A stretch of DNA of 62,198 bases, the filler included, from Rhabdomonas costata (taxonomy: Eukaryota): NCBI GenBank assembly GCA_019059605.1. It is 26 parts of 26 records of this genome, joined end to end, with 100 filler letters (N's around TTAATTAATTAA, not from the genome) between each part and the next. Parts side by side here need not be neighbours in the genome. Positions count along the whole stretch, not along the records: positions 23,993 to 26,287 come from JAHMHO010004211.1; positions 26,388 to 28,682 come from JAHMHO010004212.1; positions 28,783 to 31,077 come from JAHMHO010004213.1; positions 31,178 to 33,473 come from JAHMHO010004214.1; positions 33,574 to 35,868 come from JAHMHO010004215.1; 21 more parts are not named here. One strand, given 5' to 3'. Below are positions 23,993 through 35,256 of the stretch, piece by piece. Made by a program: the position numbers and the translations under genes. Positions within the stretch are counted from its first letter, which is position 1; each line of letters starts with the position of its first letter. Below the pieces are notes generated by a model, which worked only from the letters and a program-made list of their open reading frames with translations, had not been told where the DNA came from and did no database searches.

Positions 23993-25011
23993 TGTTGTTT
24001 GGAGAGCAGGGGCTGCGCACGGCTGGCGGGCTGGTCGTACACGGTGAGGTCCTTGATGTCGCTGCCACGGAAGATGATAAACTCATACTGGCCATCGCCT
24101 GCGGGGATCTGGTTGCCTGCTCCCCGCCCCACCACCATCACCTCACCAACACATTGGATATGGTGTGGGTTCATTTTGAACAGAGCGCGGGGCAATTGGG
24201 CACATAACTGCGACAATGGGAAAGGGTTGGCATAGCATGAGATGAAATGCAATGCAACGTGGCACGATGTGCACTTAAGCAAGAGAAGAGAAGGGTGCGG
24301 GGTCAGAAGGAGTGGAGAATAGCGCCGACGTCGAATCATATACACAACCCATGGAAGGTGGTTGTGTGTGTGGGGGGGGCTTTTGCAATAGAAAGAAAAG
24401 GGCAGTCAGAGTCAGGATTTGCAAGACTACCATCGACAGCTGGATGCAACAGTTGAATCCGCGGGGTGAAGAACGGAAGAGTGCCAACCTCGCACACGGC
24501 CCTCCGTACCCATCACTCTCACGTTGTGCAGGGCAATCGTATTCTCCTCGGGGTTGATGGTGTACAACGTCCCTGCAGCACAAACAGATGTACACGAAAA
24601 TTGGGTCCACCAAAGATTTTTTTCATAAATGTCCACTGATATCACAGCTTCAATTTCACAGCGTCACAATCCGAGAAAAAAACTACAGGCATCTCGAGAG
24701 ACTGGCGAAACTGAGAACAATGCGGGCAACTGAAGAGCACTCCTTAAAGTTGTGCACACCGACGCTTCCGTTTCCCACGCCAAGGCAGAAAGAAATACGC
24801 GAATGACGGTAGACGGCAGCACTTGCCCACACATTGGACACGTGCCGGCATATGGCACACTCAAACGCTAAGGCACCCTCCCCTCTGGTTCACCTTCATA
24901 GCGGATTTCGCTCTTGCTGATGAGACTGATGAGGCTGCCCTGCAGGTTAGGGGTACCCTCTGCGGCCGGGACAGGGGGCATCACCGGGCCACCCGTCGAC
25001 GTGGGAAACAT
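23993..25011 (-). CDS. LSM14: LSm14/RAP55/Scd6 N-terminal Lsm domain (5' part)
   Basis: Exon 25011-24894 (MFPT..NLQGSLISLISKSEIRYE), exon 24572-~24496 (GTLYTINPEENTIALHNVRVMGTEGR) and exon ~24130-23993 (..NQIPAGDGQYEFIIFRGSDIKDLTV) carry diagnostic LSm14 motifs. Confidence 0.95.
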
Positions 25012-25422
25012 TTCGAGACTCCGCTAAAAAAAGCCCCACAAATATCCTTCCACTTCGCAGAAGCAGTCACCACCCCAAAGCACCACTTCACTGGCCGCAA
25101 GAAAACCAAAGAAGGAGAATGCTAAGCTGAGGGAAAGGGGAAGCATACACGCAACCCAACTGGCAAATGGCAATCAGGCCAAACGCAGTCAGAAGAAGGC
25201 GCCCCACATCATTACATTGTGGCGGTTGCGTTTGAATCCTTTCCACATAACCTTCCAAGCCATTCCACAAGCACATGTTCCAGATCGCTTTTTACATTGC
25301 TCTGCCGAGTCTACTCCCTCTCATCTCTTACCCCAAGCAGCAGGGGTGAAAAAGTTGTGGCCTAACGATTCACTCTGTAGCAGTGGCTGTAGCTCGGCTG
25401 GAAAACCCTAAGTGCTTGCCCT

Positions 25423-25736
25423 GTAGGTCTCGCACCGCGACATCCATCACGGAGTGCGCCGCCACGATCCCGAACAGAAGCTCCACCACATGCTCTGCCG
25501 TAATCAAGCCCTTAGTGTGCGGGGGCAGCACCTCAGGGACGAGCTCCATCACAAGGAAGGCCCCGTGGGACATAGGCAGAGCCTGAGCCGCAGCCGAGAC
25601 TGAGAAGTTAGGGGAGGCCAATGCAGCGGGCATGGGGGAGGAAGGGGCCTCCCCGCTGGCTGCAGGCGTGCTCTTGCGGTCGTCACACCAGCAGTAGTCC
25701 AGGACATCCACGAAGAGGTCGGTGATGTAAAAGTCC
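25423..25736 (-). CDS. Isolated exon with atypical protein-kinase-like motifs
   Basis: AG-flanked GC-rich exon DFYITDLF..GAFLVMELVP..VVELLFGIVAAHSVMDVAVRDLQ resembles the kinase hinge, alpha-E helix and catalytic loop (HRDL reads VRDL). Confidence 0.4.
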
Positions 25737-26560
25737 TTCAGCAGGCTGGGGAAAGAGCACATCACAGGCGGGGGAAAAGGGCATAATCCATTCATGGCCG
25801 CTGTGCAAGCCACTGCAGTGCCCAAGACTGTCCCAGAGGGCAGCGCGCATCGCACTTCAAACCGCTAAGAACCCCTGGAAACCATGATTCCGCCGGTAGT
25901 CATTGGTAATCGTGGTTACCCCTACCCCTCCCACCAAAAAACTGGGACAAAAATGGGCTCCAAAGTGGGACACAAAAATACGTTGCCGCGACGATGAGAT
26001 GAAATATGCAGATTTTCTGGCTCATCTCCGGCTTAAGGGCACACCACGTGAATTCCCTGTCGCAACCCCCGAGGAATACCGGGTAACCGCGCCCCCGCCC
26101 CCATCCGAAAAAATCGCCTTTGATGCTGCAATCAAGAAGCTCGATCGTTCTGCATATTTCGAGCATTTTTCATATCCCTAGGTCAGCATTTTCTTTTTAC
26201 CACAGACCTGCACAAAAATCTCTCTCCATTTTCCATGTGACCTGCTAAACTTTGATTCAGGGAGATGTATCGATGGGCCCACCACACNNNNNNNNNNNNN
26301 NNNNNNNNNNNNNNNNNNNNNNNNNNNNNNNTTAATTAATTAANNNNNNNNNNNNNNNNNNNNNNNNNNNNNNNNNNNNNNNNNNNNCCCAGTGCCCCGA
26401 CACACACAAACAAACATACAAAGACAGATGATGGTTACAGCTGCGCTGTTTTCTCGCTGTCTGTAGAGAGCAGCGGCACGGAAGGAAAGCAGTGTAACAT
26501 CGGCCATCATCTTTTTCCGTCCCATCTGACCTTCTACGCAGTCTTTCTCTCTTTCTTCAG

Positions 26561-28682
26561 CATGGGTGGCACCCCTCCTACAAAAGCGCGGACTCCGGCG
26601 ATGAGAACCCGCTCTCTCCTTCGGGGAAGAAGAAGCCCTCGGTCAGCGCCACGGAGAAGCCCTCCTCACTGCAGCCCTGCGTACCCCCTCGGGTAATTCC
26701 CAAATATGTGTGTCTCCATGCTCTCCTTGAAGGAATGATGATCCCACGGATTCCAGATTGGACCCCTTATGCCGACAGTGCCACGGGTGGTGTCACGGGG
26801 ACCACGGTGCCTGGTCGACCATTGCACCTCTGTCGTACCGCGCTTTTCAGCACCACTCGACGTTGGTTCGTCTGGACTACAACATGAGCCGGGGACACAG
26901 CTTTAGTTTGCAATGGTGGAGACGTGGGCTCCTCGGTGCTGCAGGGGCAGTTGGTAAGTTTGGCATTGCTATTGTTGGTAACGCATGGCACTGCCTTCTG
27001 TGTTAGTGGAGGGATTATGCAGAATAGAATGGGTGAGGAACCGAGGTGGCCGCATCGAAGAAGCCACACCGGGGCCGTTTCTTGCCATTTCATAGTTGAA
27101 GTGTGCAAGAGAACGGGTGGGTGGATCAAAATTCCTGAACCACAATGCAGAAGAAGCGGAAGAAGAAGGGGGTCTCCATCTCCGACTTTGAGATCCTCTC
27201 CGCGATCAGCCGCGGGGCCTACGGCCGCGTCTTTCTTGCCCGAAAGTGCAAAACCCAGGACTTGTACGCCATCAAGGTTCTGCGAAAGGTGTGATGTGTG
27301 AGGGCATCGATCACCAGTTCCGCCGGCTAAGTTCACTACCAGTCAGTGCTTAAGAACATCCGCCGTCCTTGCCCTTCGATTGGAACTTTCTTGCCTCTGG
27401 GAGACTTCGCTTCCGTTCCCATCCGGCCGGAACGAATGCGAAAGGAAGGTATAAAATCATTGTGGGGTAGTTCCGGCCGCGCAAAAAGGACGTATCGGTC
27501 CACTCTCTTGTGAGCGTGGACGTCGGGTCAGTTTTCCCGCATACGCACGTACGGGGATGCAGTGCACACGCAGGTCCTCTCCTCTCCCTGGCCAACAGCT
27601 GCTCCACAAAGAGAAACAGTATTGTGTATGGACCTGTGTGGCTGGCAGGCTGAGATCAACAGCAAGAAGATGGCGCAGAAGGTGCTGAACGAGCGGAACA
27701 TTCTGGCGGCGTGTGCCAATCCCCACGTCGTGAAGTTCTTCTTCTCTTTCATGAGCAAGAAGAATCTGTATGCCCCCCCCACACACACACAGAATCGTTG
27801 ACCTGCAAGGTGATTTCAGCTGTCGTGGTTTGAGGCATTTGTTGACTGAAGCATCACTGCAGTGTACTCCCACCGTGACGGTGAGTGTGCGATGCTCAGA
27901 AAACCCTTTGCCCCTTCAGATGCTCTCATGTACATGTGTTGCGTCAGTCGGTGCACCAGACCAAGACTCAGCAATGAATGCCATTCAGTGAACTTCGATG
28001 TTTTCCCTTGCGGAAGCTTTCTCACCTCCAACTGTTTTGGAGACTTTTCGCGTCGATACCGGGTTTTTGTTAACCCATCGAACTCCGCATTTCCTTTTTG
28101 CACATCCGGATGCGTTTTGCGCCGTTTAGAAGCATGGCAGACTGCTGATGTTTGGCTTGCCGTGTGCCCGTGGTGAAGGAAGGTGCCTGATGCTGTGTGG
28201 GGATTTGTTTCACAGGTTTATCGTCACCGAGTACCTTCCCGGCGGGGACTGCTTTTCCCTGCTGCAGGTCAAGGGCGAGTTCGAGGAGCCCGTGGCGCGG
28301 AGGTTTGTCGCGGAGACCGTGCTGGCGCTGGAGTTCTTGCACGAGGTATGCATCCACGTCTGTACCTTTCCGAAACCATGATCCTGTGACAGTGGACGAG
28401 GATGCATGCCGCTTTCGATGAAGTAAATCGCCTTCAGGCAGGGGCGTTTTGGACTTGCTTGTCTGCTATGTTCGCTTGACGATTGACATTGAGTGGGGGA
28501 GGGGTCTCTGCCTTCGATTCCAGACCTTCCTACACAACGTAATGGGAGACTGCCTTTGCAGGTGATGTTCCTCTCATATTATTTGAACCCCTCCATCAGA
28601 GCCCAGAGCCGCATATGCATCTCCTCTGTGTCTTTTGGTGTAAGCCCCTTCCCTCTCTTTGTCAGATGGGCATTGTTCACCA
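26561..28682 (+). CDS. AGC Ser/Thr kinase, MAST/Greatwall/Rim15/IRE type (partial)
   Basis: Exons 26561-26692, 27151-27288, 27649-~27767, ~28216-28345 and ~28666-28682 give [34 protein letters not shown]|..[50 protein letters not shown]. ISRGAxG and GGDC are typical of the MAST-like subfamily. Confidence 0.9.
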
Positions 28683-29069
28683 NNNNNNNNNNNNNNNNNN
28701 NNNNNNNNNNNNNNNNNNNNNNNNNNTTAATTAATTAANNNNNNNNNNNNNNNNNNNNNNNNNNNNNNNNNNNNNNNNNNNNGTTGTTGCCCGACCAACT
28801 TTAGTTAGTTAGGTTGGTAGGTAGGTAGGTAGGTAAGTAGGAAGGTAGGTAGTTGTCATTTTTATACGCTGCTAAGGTGCCGTGATCACATTTGGCAAAA
28901 GCCATCCCTTTTTTGTCCGCGATACACGATTGCATTCACTTGCGCCATAAGTGAAGCCACTGTACAAGGGAGTTGGTGGATGCATTTGTTAGTTTTCTCT
29001 TGGGAAGTTTGCAGTAGCAAAGAAACAACATAAGAGTAACGGCACCGCACTACTTCATGGGAAACACAC

Positions 29070-30400
29070 GTGAGCAGCAGTCCAGCGCCGTGCACATCGT
29101 CGGGTCGTTGCAGATGGCGGGGGGCGGGAGGATGTAGTCCATGCCGTAGTCCTCGCACAGGATGCCTGCTATCGCGCAGCTCTGATCTTGCCCTGCCCAC
29201 CCCGCACAAGCCGCACATCGCATGCAATTAAGAACCCCCACCCACATTTGTAACTCTGGATATTCTGACGTCCCTCGACGTGAAATAGTTGATTTCCAAA
29301 GTATGCCTAGCGTGAAGGTTCTTCTGATGCTTTGGGCGCTTTCTGGGGATGCCAAAAACTCCTACATTCATCGGACGTGAAATTTAATGTCCGACGTTCA
29401 ACACCGACGCAAAAAAAAATGGTGTAGAACTACTGCCACTACCACCACCATTACCGACCCAGCACAGCCATGCATCTCTGAGGGTAGCTCTTAAACCTTC
29501 AGTTCCAGAAGCCTTTTCTCAGCCTTATTTGGTTCAAGCAGCCATCCTACCTGGCGCTTACACCCAGAAACTTTTTCCCTGACAATCGTGTCGAAAAAAA
29601 CTTGTTCGCGCGTTGTCCCAAAACGCTTGGGTGAAATCCGGTGTCCACAGCGATGTCTCCGTGCGAAAGCAATCCTGATCAAGAGCCCCGTAGGATTCCG
29701 CTCACACTTCACTTGCAAAGTCTGGGGCCGCGGTGACAGTGTACGGTAACAAGAGGGGGCTGCATACCGCCCCCCACGTCGATTTCCTCGCAGCAGGCGT
29801 AGTCAAAGTCTGCACAGCCGCCCAGGGGGTTACAGCACTGGCAGGGCGATCCCGGGCTTGCGGCGAACACCAGCCAAGGGGAGCAGGTCTGCCCCATCGC
29901 TAGCCCCGAGGAGCAAGTCGCTGAGGGCAAATTTGTGAGTGTGAGTGTCCAAAACATAAACAGACATATACAAACTTATACCGTGGGCATACGAAGGGGC
30001 CAGCTGCATCTCTTGTGTGCGGCCAGCTCACAGCGCACTCTCTCCTGTTTTTGCACGGGCCCGGGAGCCGAACGCACGCTGCAGTTCTCGCGGCTTTTCA
30101 CTGCCTCAGATTTCCCGGCGGACGGACACATAAACAAAGGCATCATGCATGTTGTCAGCCACACTGCATTCACAGAACAGGAAAATGGCTTGAGGGAAAA
30201 GACGGCTTCAGCACCACCCCCCCCCGCCCCCAACAGATGGTGGCCCACATACGGCAGGCCACGCGAAGCTGACACGAGGTGCCCGTCCAGAAGCACTGTT
30301 GCTTGGGCACTCCACTGGTGCAGGAGGGCTCGTTGGGGCAGTCCCCGCAGTTGTTGCCGCACCCGTGGCCCCCTCGGTTGTCCGGAATGCTGCACGCTGC
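29070..30400 (-). CDS. Cysteine-rich, probably extracellular protein (partial, spliced)
   Basis: Cys-dense GC-rich exons: ~30397-30253 (CSIPDNRGGHGCGNNCGDCPNEPSC..CFWTGTSC), ~30100-29993, ~29920-29750 (TCSSG..CQCCNPLGGCADFDYACC) and ~29200-29070 (SCAIAGILCEDYG..CNDPTMCTALDCCS). Confidence 0.6.
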
Positions 30401-31183
30401 AAAAGAAAAAGAAAAAAGAAAAAGAAATTGATTCACGGGACATCTTTCGTTTTCTTTCGCTTCCCACCACGAGAAAGTCACACAAACACTCACCAAAGAT
30501 GCACGCTGTCCATGCACAACAATGCAGAGGTCCAACCCGATTTTCGTCGTGCCCCAGGCTGGAGGGCAAATAAAGAGGCGCTTTGACCACTATTACTCTC
30601 GCAATTGTTTGCTGACCCGCGCTGAAGACACCCCCAACTTCCTACACCACTTCATTTCAAAATTCCGACTTTCTTTTCCCAAAGCGAGACTGAGCGAGGC
30701 AGCGCTCCAAGGTTAAGTGATGCTAAAGAATCCATAGCATAACCGTCAGGAGGCCGATCACGACATTCAGCAGGACTTTTAAAACCGTTCAAGTGGGGTT
30801 TGCACAATGTATTCTGCGACATTTGCTACCTTCAGCTTGCCTTCAGGTGCTTTGTGGCCGCCCCGGTTATTTTTATTTTCAAGGGCTTCAAGATATGTGC
30901 TTGCGCACCCTGGAATAACATTCTTCCGGGTCTGGGGAATATGAAAGAGTCTAGCCCTCCAAAAATGCTGCTGCCTGAAGGCTGGAAACGGGGCTCAAAT
31001 CTTCACTCCGTTCGCTGATTGACTACTTCTCCGAGCACCAGAAAAGGGAACATGTCGTGTTGGGAAGCCAAAAAACANNNNNNNNNNNNNNNNNNNNNNN
31101 NNNNNNNNNNNNNNNNNNNNNTTAATTAATTAANNNNNNNNNNNNNNNNNNNNNNNNNNNNNNNNNNNNNNNNNNNNGGGTGT

Positions 31184-31337
31184 GTGGTCCGAACGAGCTA
31201 TTTCAGGTACGCCTGGCAACACGGGAACATACGCTTGAGTGGGAGATACCAACGATCACGTATGACCTTAGTGTTGGTGGCCTCATCCGTATGTTCCCGT
31301 ATTGCCAGGCGTACCTGAAATAGCTCGTTCGGACCAC
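31184..31337. repeat. 154-nt inverted repeat / hairpin (50-bp arms)
   Basis: 31184-31233 is the reverse complement of 31288-31337 with one mismatch. The 54-nt spacer is also partly self-complementary (TGAG/CTCA, ACCAAC/GTTGGT). Confidence 0.92.
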
Positions 31338-31690
31338 TGCTTGCTCAAGACAGCTCTCAACGGCTTCTGCGGACGGATGGAACTAGAGAGCGGCATCTGG
31401 CGGTTTCACACCTCTCGTGGAGGAAAGGAGACAACGTAAGGATAGCAGCTCCAGAGGATCACACCCGGGTACAGTTCTTGTGTGTGGACAGGGGACAGAA
31501 ATCAACTGTTCATGACATACTTTGCTGCTGTTGTCGTGTGAAGGTTTCTTGCGATTGACGACGTCCCCTTTTGCTCTCTTGTTTTCGCATGCGCGTGCGT
31601 TTGAGTGGAAACTCGAGAGTAACCACCACTCTAAAAAGGCATTGGTTTGAATGTTTGTATTTCAAAGTTCATCGGACCCGCAAGAGTGCA

Positions 31691-31729
31691 CTATTACTAC
31701 TATTACTATTACTATTATTACTATTACTA
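31691..31729 (+). repeat. (TAY)n trinucleotide microsatellite
   Basis: ctattactactattactattactattattactattactac. Confidence 0.85.
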
Positions 31730-31961
31730 CAGCAGTACTCGCTTTTGCATTGTAAGGAACCGAATCACAACCAACACCCAAGAGACGCAACATTCTGCCT
31801 GAAAGTTGATTCGGATGATCGATTACTGGGGTGCCCAATGCCCAGTCCACCCCTCCCCCACACCCACATAGTATCTCAGTTGCCGTTTCCACTTCCAGTG
31901 CTACTGCCGCCAACCACAGATTGAATGAAGCTCAGCCGAGAAAACAGCTGAGGCAGCAGAC

Positions 31962-32139
31962 CGGCATCTGGGCCGTGGCAGCTGAAGTAAGGCTTGCCCG
32001 TGTGCAGCCGTTGGAAAATCCGCACTGTCCCAGAGTCAGCCGCAGGAAGAGCACGGAAAAACCTCACAAAAGCTGCCTGGGCCGATGAGTCCAGCACGGC
32101 CTCCAGCCGTGGGGTCTGCATGGCGCCAGCATTGGCCAT
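31962..32139 (-). CDS. MSH2: DNA mismatch repair protein MSH2, first exon
   Basis: MANAGAMQTPRLEAVLDSSAQAAFVRFFRALPAADSGTVRIFQR..YFSCHGPDA, followed by a GT donor. This matches the MSH2 N-terminus (GFVRFF..MP....TVRLFDR..FYTAHG.DA). Confidence 0.88.
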
Positions 32140-33118
32140 GGATAGTGTGGGAGTGTGACAAAAATGACTGCTGCTGAATTTGAAGACTTGGGAATTGACA
32201 GCCAATCAAAGCAAGGGAGCCTACTCAGCGGTACACTTTAGAAGTTTCGAAAACCGAAAAGCATATACTCAGAGCAAATTAAGGTTCCGGATGGGGCCCC
32301 TTAGTTGAGGATGCGGAGATACTGTATCTGTCTGTGTCTTTCGAGGAGTGAAGGAAAGCAATAGCTGCAAGAAGACGCCGCAACAAACGACTCGCATTTG
32401 TTCTGTCCTCCAGGCATAATTGCTGAGAACTGGGCATTATAGCGCCAACTTTCCGAAGCCAACGAACAGAGCTTCACAGGTGCAACTAGGCAGCTTCAAG
32501 GGCAACCCAAGCAGCGAACGTTAAAGGACCACTCTGCATCCGATTGCTTTTGCCCTGTCTCAACCTCAATCTCAGAACAACTAGGCAAATGAATCGTGGT
32601 TCGGTGAAGGCACCAGCTTCACTACTATCAACTCAAACCAAGCTTTGCCGTACCATATCCCACACCACAACTGGCCATCCAGAAGCGCGACGGATTTTGC
32701 CGCTGCTATGCCATTCATTAAAACCGCACTCCCAGTGAATGCAAAAATCGATGTGCAAAGGTCTCACCTGTGATAAGATCAGCTCCAAGCGCAGAAAACG
32801 AAACGTGACCCTGAACACTCCTTCATTATGAGCTCAGTCAGGCTCGAGATGCCTCTTGTGCCGCTCGGAAGACAACGGTGCAAAGCCAACGGCATCAAGA
32901 ATTGCAAATTGGTATCTTGCATCTCGGTCAAAGATTGCGACACCAGCTACACAGGCACATAAATTGATGCGCAAAAGCAAATCAGTGAAAACTTAAGAAT
33001 GATCAACCCAAGCACCAGAAGTCTTCCCTTCCCTTTGTCAAGGCTCCGAGTTACCAAATATTAGGGGCACTCCGACACTCCGTCCTAGCTTCACGGAGGG
33101 TACTCCTTCCCTTCATCT

Positions 33119-33473
33119 TCACTTTTTTACCCAAAGCACAGCCAACGGGTGAAGGGCATCAGAGTTCTCGCTGACCAGCTCGAGGTACTCCATCTCCTCC
33201 AAAGGGGCGGCCTGATACCTGTACGCGCTTGACACCCCGGCCACGTGGGTGTCTACCGCCCCGTTGAACATCGGCCGGCCATAAAACCTCGAAAAGCTTT
33301 CCTTATCCTCTGGCATGGTATATCCCTTAGCTCGGGTCACGGGGTAGGCCAGCCCCACCGCCGCCGCGAAAAGAATCACTGGCCAGCACCCCTCTGCGTT
33401 AGTCGGCCTCAGCCCTCCGCGGGTGAGTTCACCACTTGCGTACTGGGCAGCGTACTCCAGATTGAGGGTGGTG
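33119..33473 (-). CDS. 3' end of an unidentified protein
   Basis: Coding-like ORF GLAYPVTRAKGY..FSRFYGRPMFNGAVDTHV..MEYLELV..LAVLWVKK* ending at 33119. No family recognised. Confidence 0.45.
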
Positions 33474-33573
33474 NNNNNNNNNNNNNNNNNNNNNNNNNNN
33501 NNNNNNNNNNNNNNNNNTTAATTAATTAANNNNNNNNNNNNNNNNNNNNNNNNNNNNNNNNNNNNNNNNNNNN

Positions 33574-35256
33574 ACAAGCAAAGCTCGTCGGTGGTTTGAG
33601 CGAAGAGGCCCTGGCACAGCTCGTGCAGCACGGCCGCGGAGTCCGAAGCGCTGGTGCGGCGAATAAGAAGGCGGCAGGCCTCCTCATCAAAGATGATCTC
33701 CCGAGGGACTCGCTCCGTGCGGTGCTCCTGTTCCACCGCAAGGGAGACAGCGTATCAAAGAAGGACCTCCACGTCACCATAAATGATGGCTTTATTCGAA
33801 TGCCCTCCTCCGGTGAGCCAAGCATTCTGCGCATCCCACGTATTTCTTAAAGCGGGATTTCACAGCGGGCACCACAAAAGCCTTCAAACGTGAGGTGGGT
33901 GCTGCCCGGAAAAAGAAACAAGAAACAAGGGTTCGGGGTTCTTTTATCACGACTACCCCCACATACAAGTGCGGCAGAGGTCAACAAGACAGGGAATAAG
34001 AACGGGCACCTGCCCCCTCCCCAACATCCAAGACAGGAACGGACAGGACAGGATCGGACAGACATGCATGCTGAGAAAACTGATGCCATGCTTAGCTGGC
34101 AGGGTCCGGCGCGTCTCGTGGCCTGAAAACTTGCCAACAAAAACAAACAGCACACCGCATCCGCGAGTTTGAGTGTATGCTGGTCGGGCTTGAATAAAGG
34201 GAGATCAACAATCTGGACCGGTGAGTCATGTCGACATACAGGCCATGGTGGCGCTGTGCGGGCGAGCGATAAGACCTGTATCTCTTAATCCCCATCCCCA
34301 AACACGCACACAAACAACCTTCAGCCTGTACACGACAAACAGCTCCTCTGCCAGACAAGCGTGGAGCTTGGCCAGCCTTTGCTCAAGCTGGGTCACCAGC
34401 AGCCCTGCGTAGGACGGCCGCAGGAGGCTTGCCAAGTACCTCTGCGCGAAAGGCAGCAGCATCCCCAGCACGTAGTCCCACTCCTGGGCAGGCTCCGCCT
34501 GTTCTGCAACAATCTGAAGAGCCATCACACCCACACACAGGAGAGACGTAGAACAGCACAGGAGCGCCAGAAGGGCATCAAACGTACAAAAAAGTAAAAA
34601 GGAAGGAAACGGTGCGTGTCCATCGTACACAACTGACAAAAAGTGCCATTAACGCAAAAGAAACATTTCCAATCCTAGTATGCTGGGGTTGGTGTCCAAC
34701 ATTTACACAACTCCCACCCTCCTCCGCTCCATTCCCTTTCCCTTCGCCTTTTCCAATTGTGAAAAAAATCCTCAGAAACACAGATCGCAGCGAAAAAAAA
34801 AACAGCTGCGCGTCATCACAGTTTTTTCTTTCCATCACAGAAGAAGAAACCAATCAGGAGAAGGATCAAGGATAGTCATGGGGCCTTATCTGCGCACACG
34901 AATATAGTCAAGTCAGAATCCGTGAGCCATCTCTCTGAGAAGCTTACCTCTTTCTGTAGTACTGCAGAGGCCAGGGGCATCCCGCTAGCCTTCCACAGCG
35001 CAGCCAGCGAGCTGACAGACACCACAGAAGAGGAGGACGAGGAGGAGCCTAGGAGGGCCCTAAGGTCCATCAAGGGGACCTCGGGATTCTGCCCAAAGTG
35101 TACCGTCAGCTCCGGGCAGTCATCCACTACACAGCCCTCCGAGACGCTGCTCCAGGTTCGCGCCTTGGTGGGCCAAATTCGCGAGGTCGGGTTGAGAGTC
35201 ACCGCAGCTCGTGCCTCCCCAAGTAGGCCCGCGAGAGTTCTCAGAATGGCGTAGGC
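33574..35256 (-). CDS. NO VEIN/sacsin-related large protein, C-terminal region (partial)
   Basis: Phase-0 GT-AG exons 35256-34948, 34513-34319 and 33727-33574 give RIWPT..TWSSVSEGCVVDDCPELTVHF..|LLPFAQRYL..PSY..L..L..EELFVVYRLK|EHR..IIFDEE..DSAAVLHELCQGLF. The motif series resembles NO VEIN-like proteins. Confidence 0.6.
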
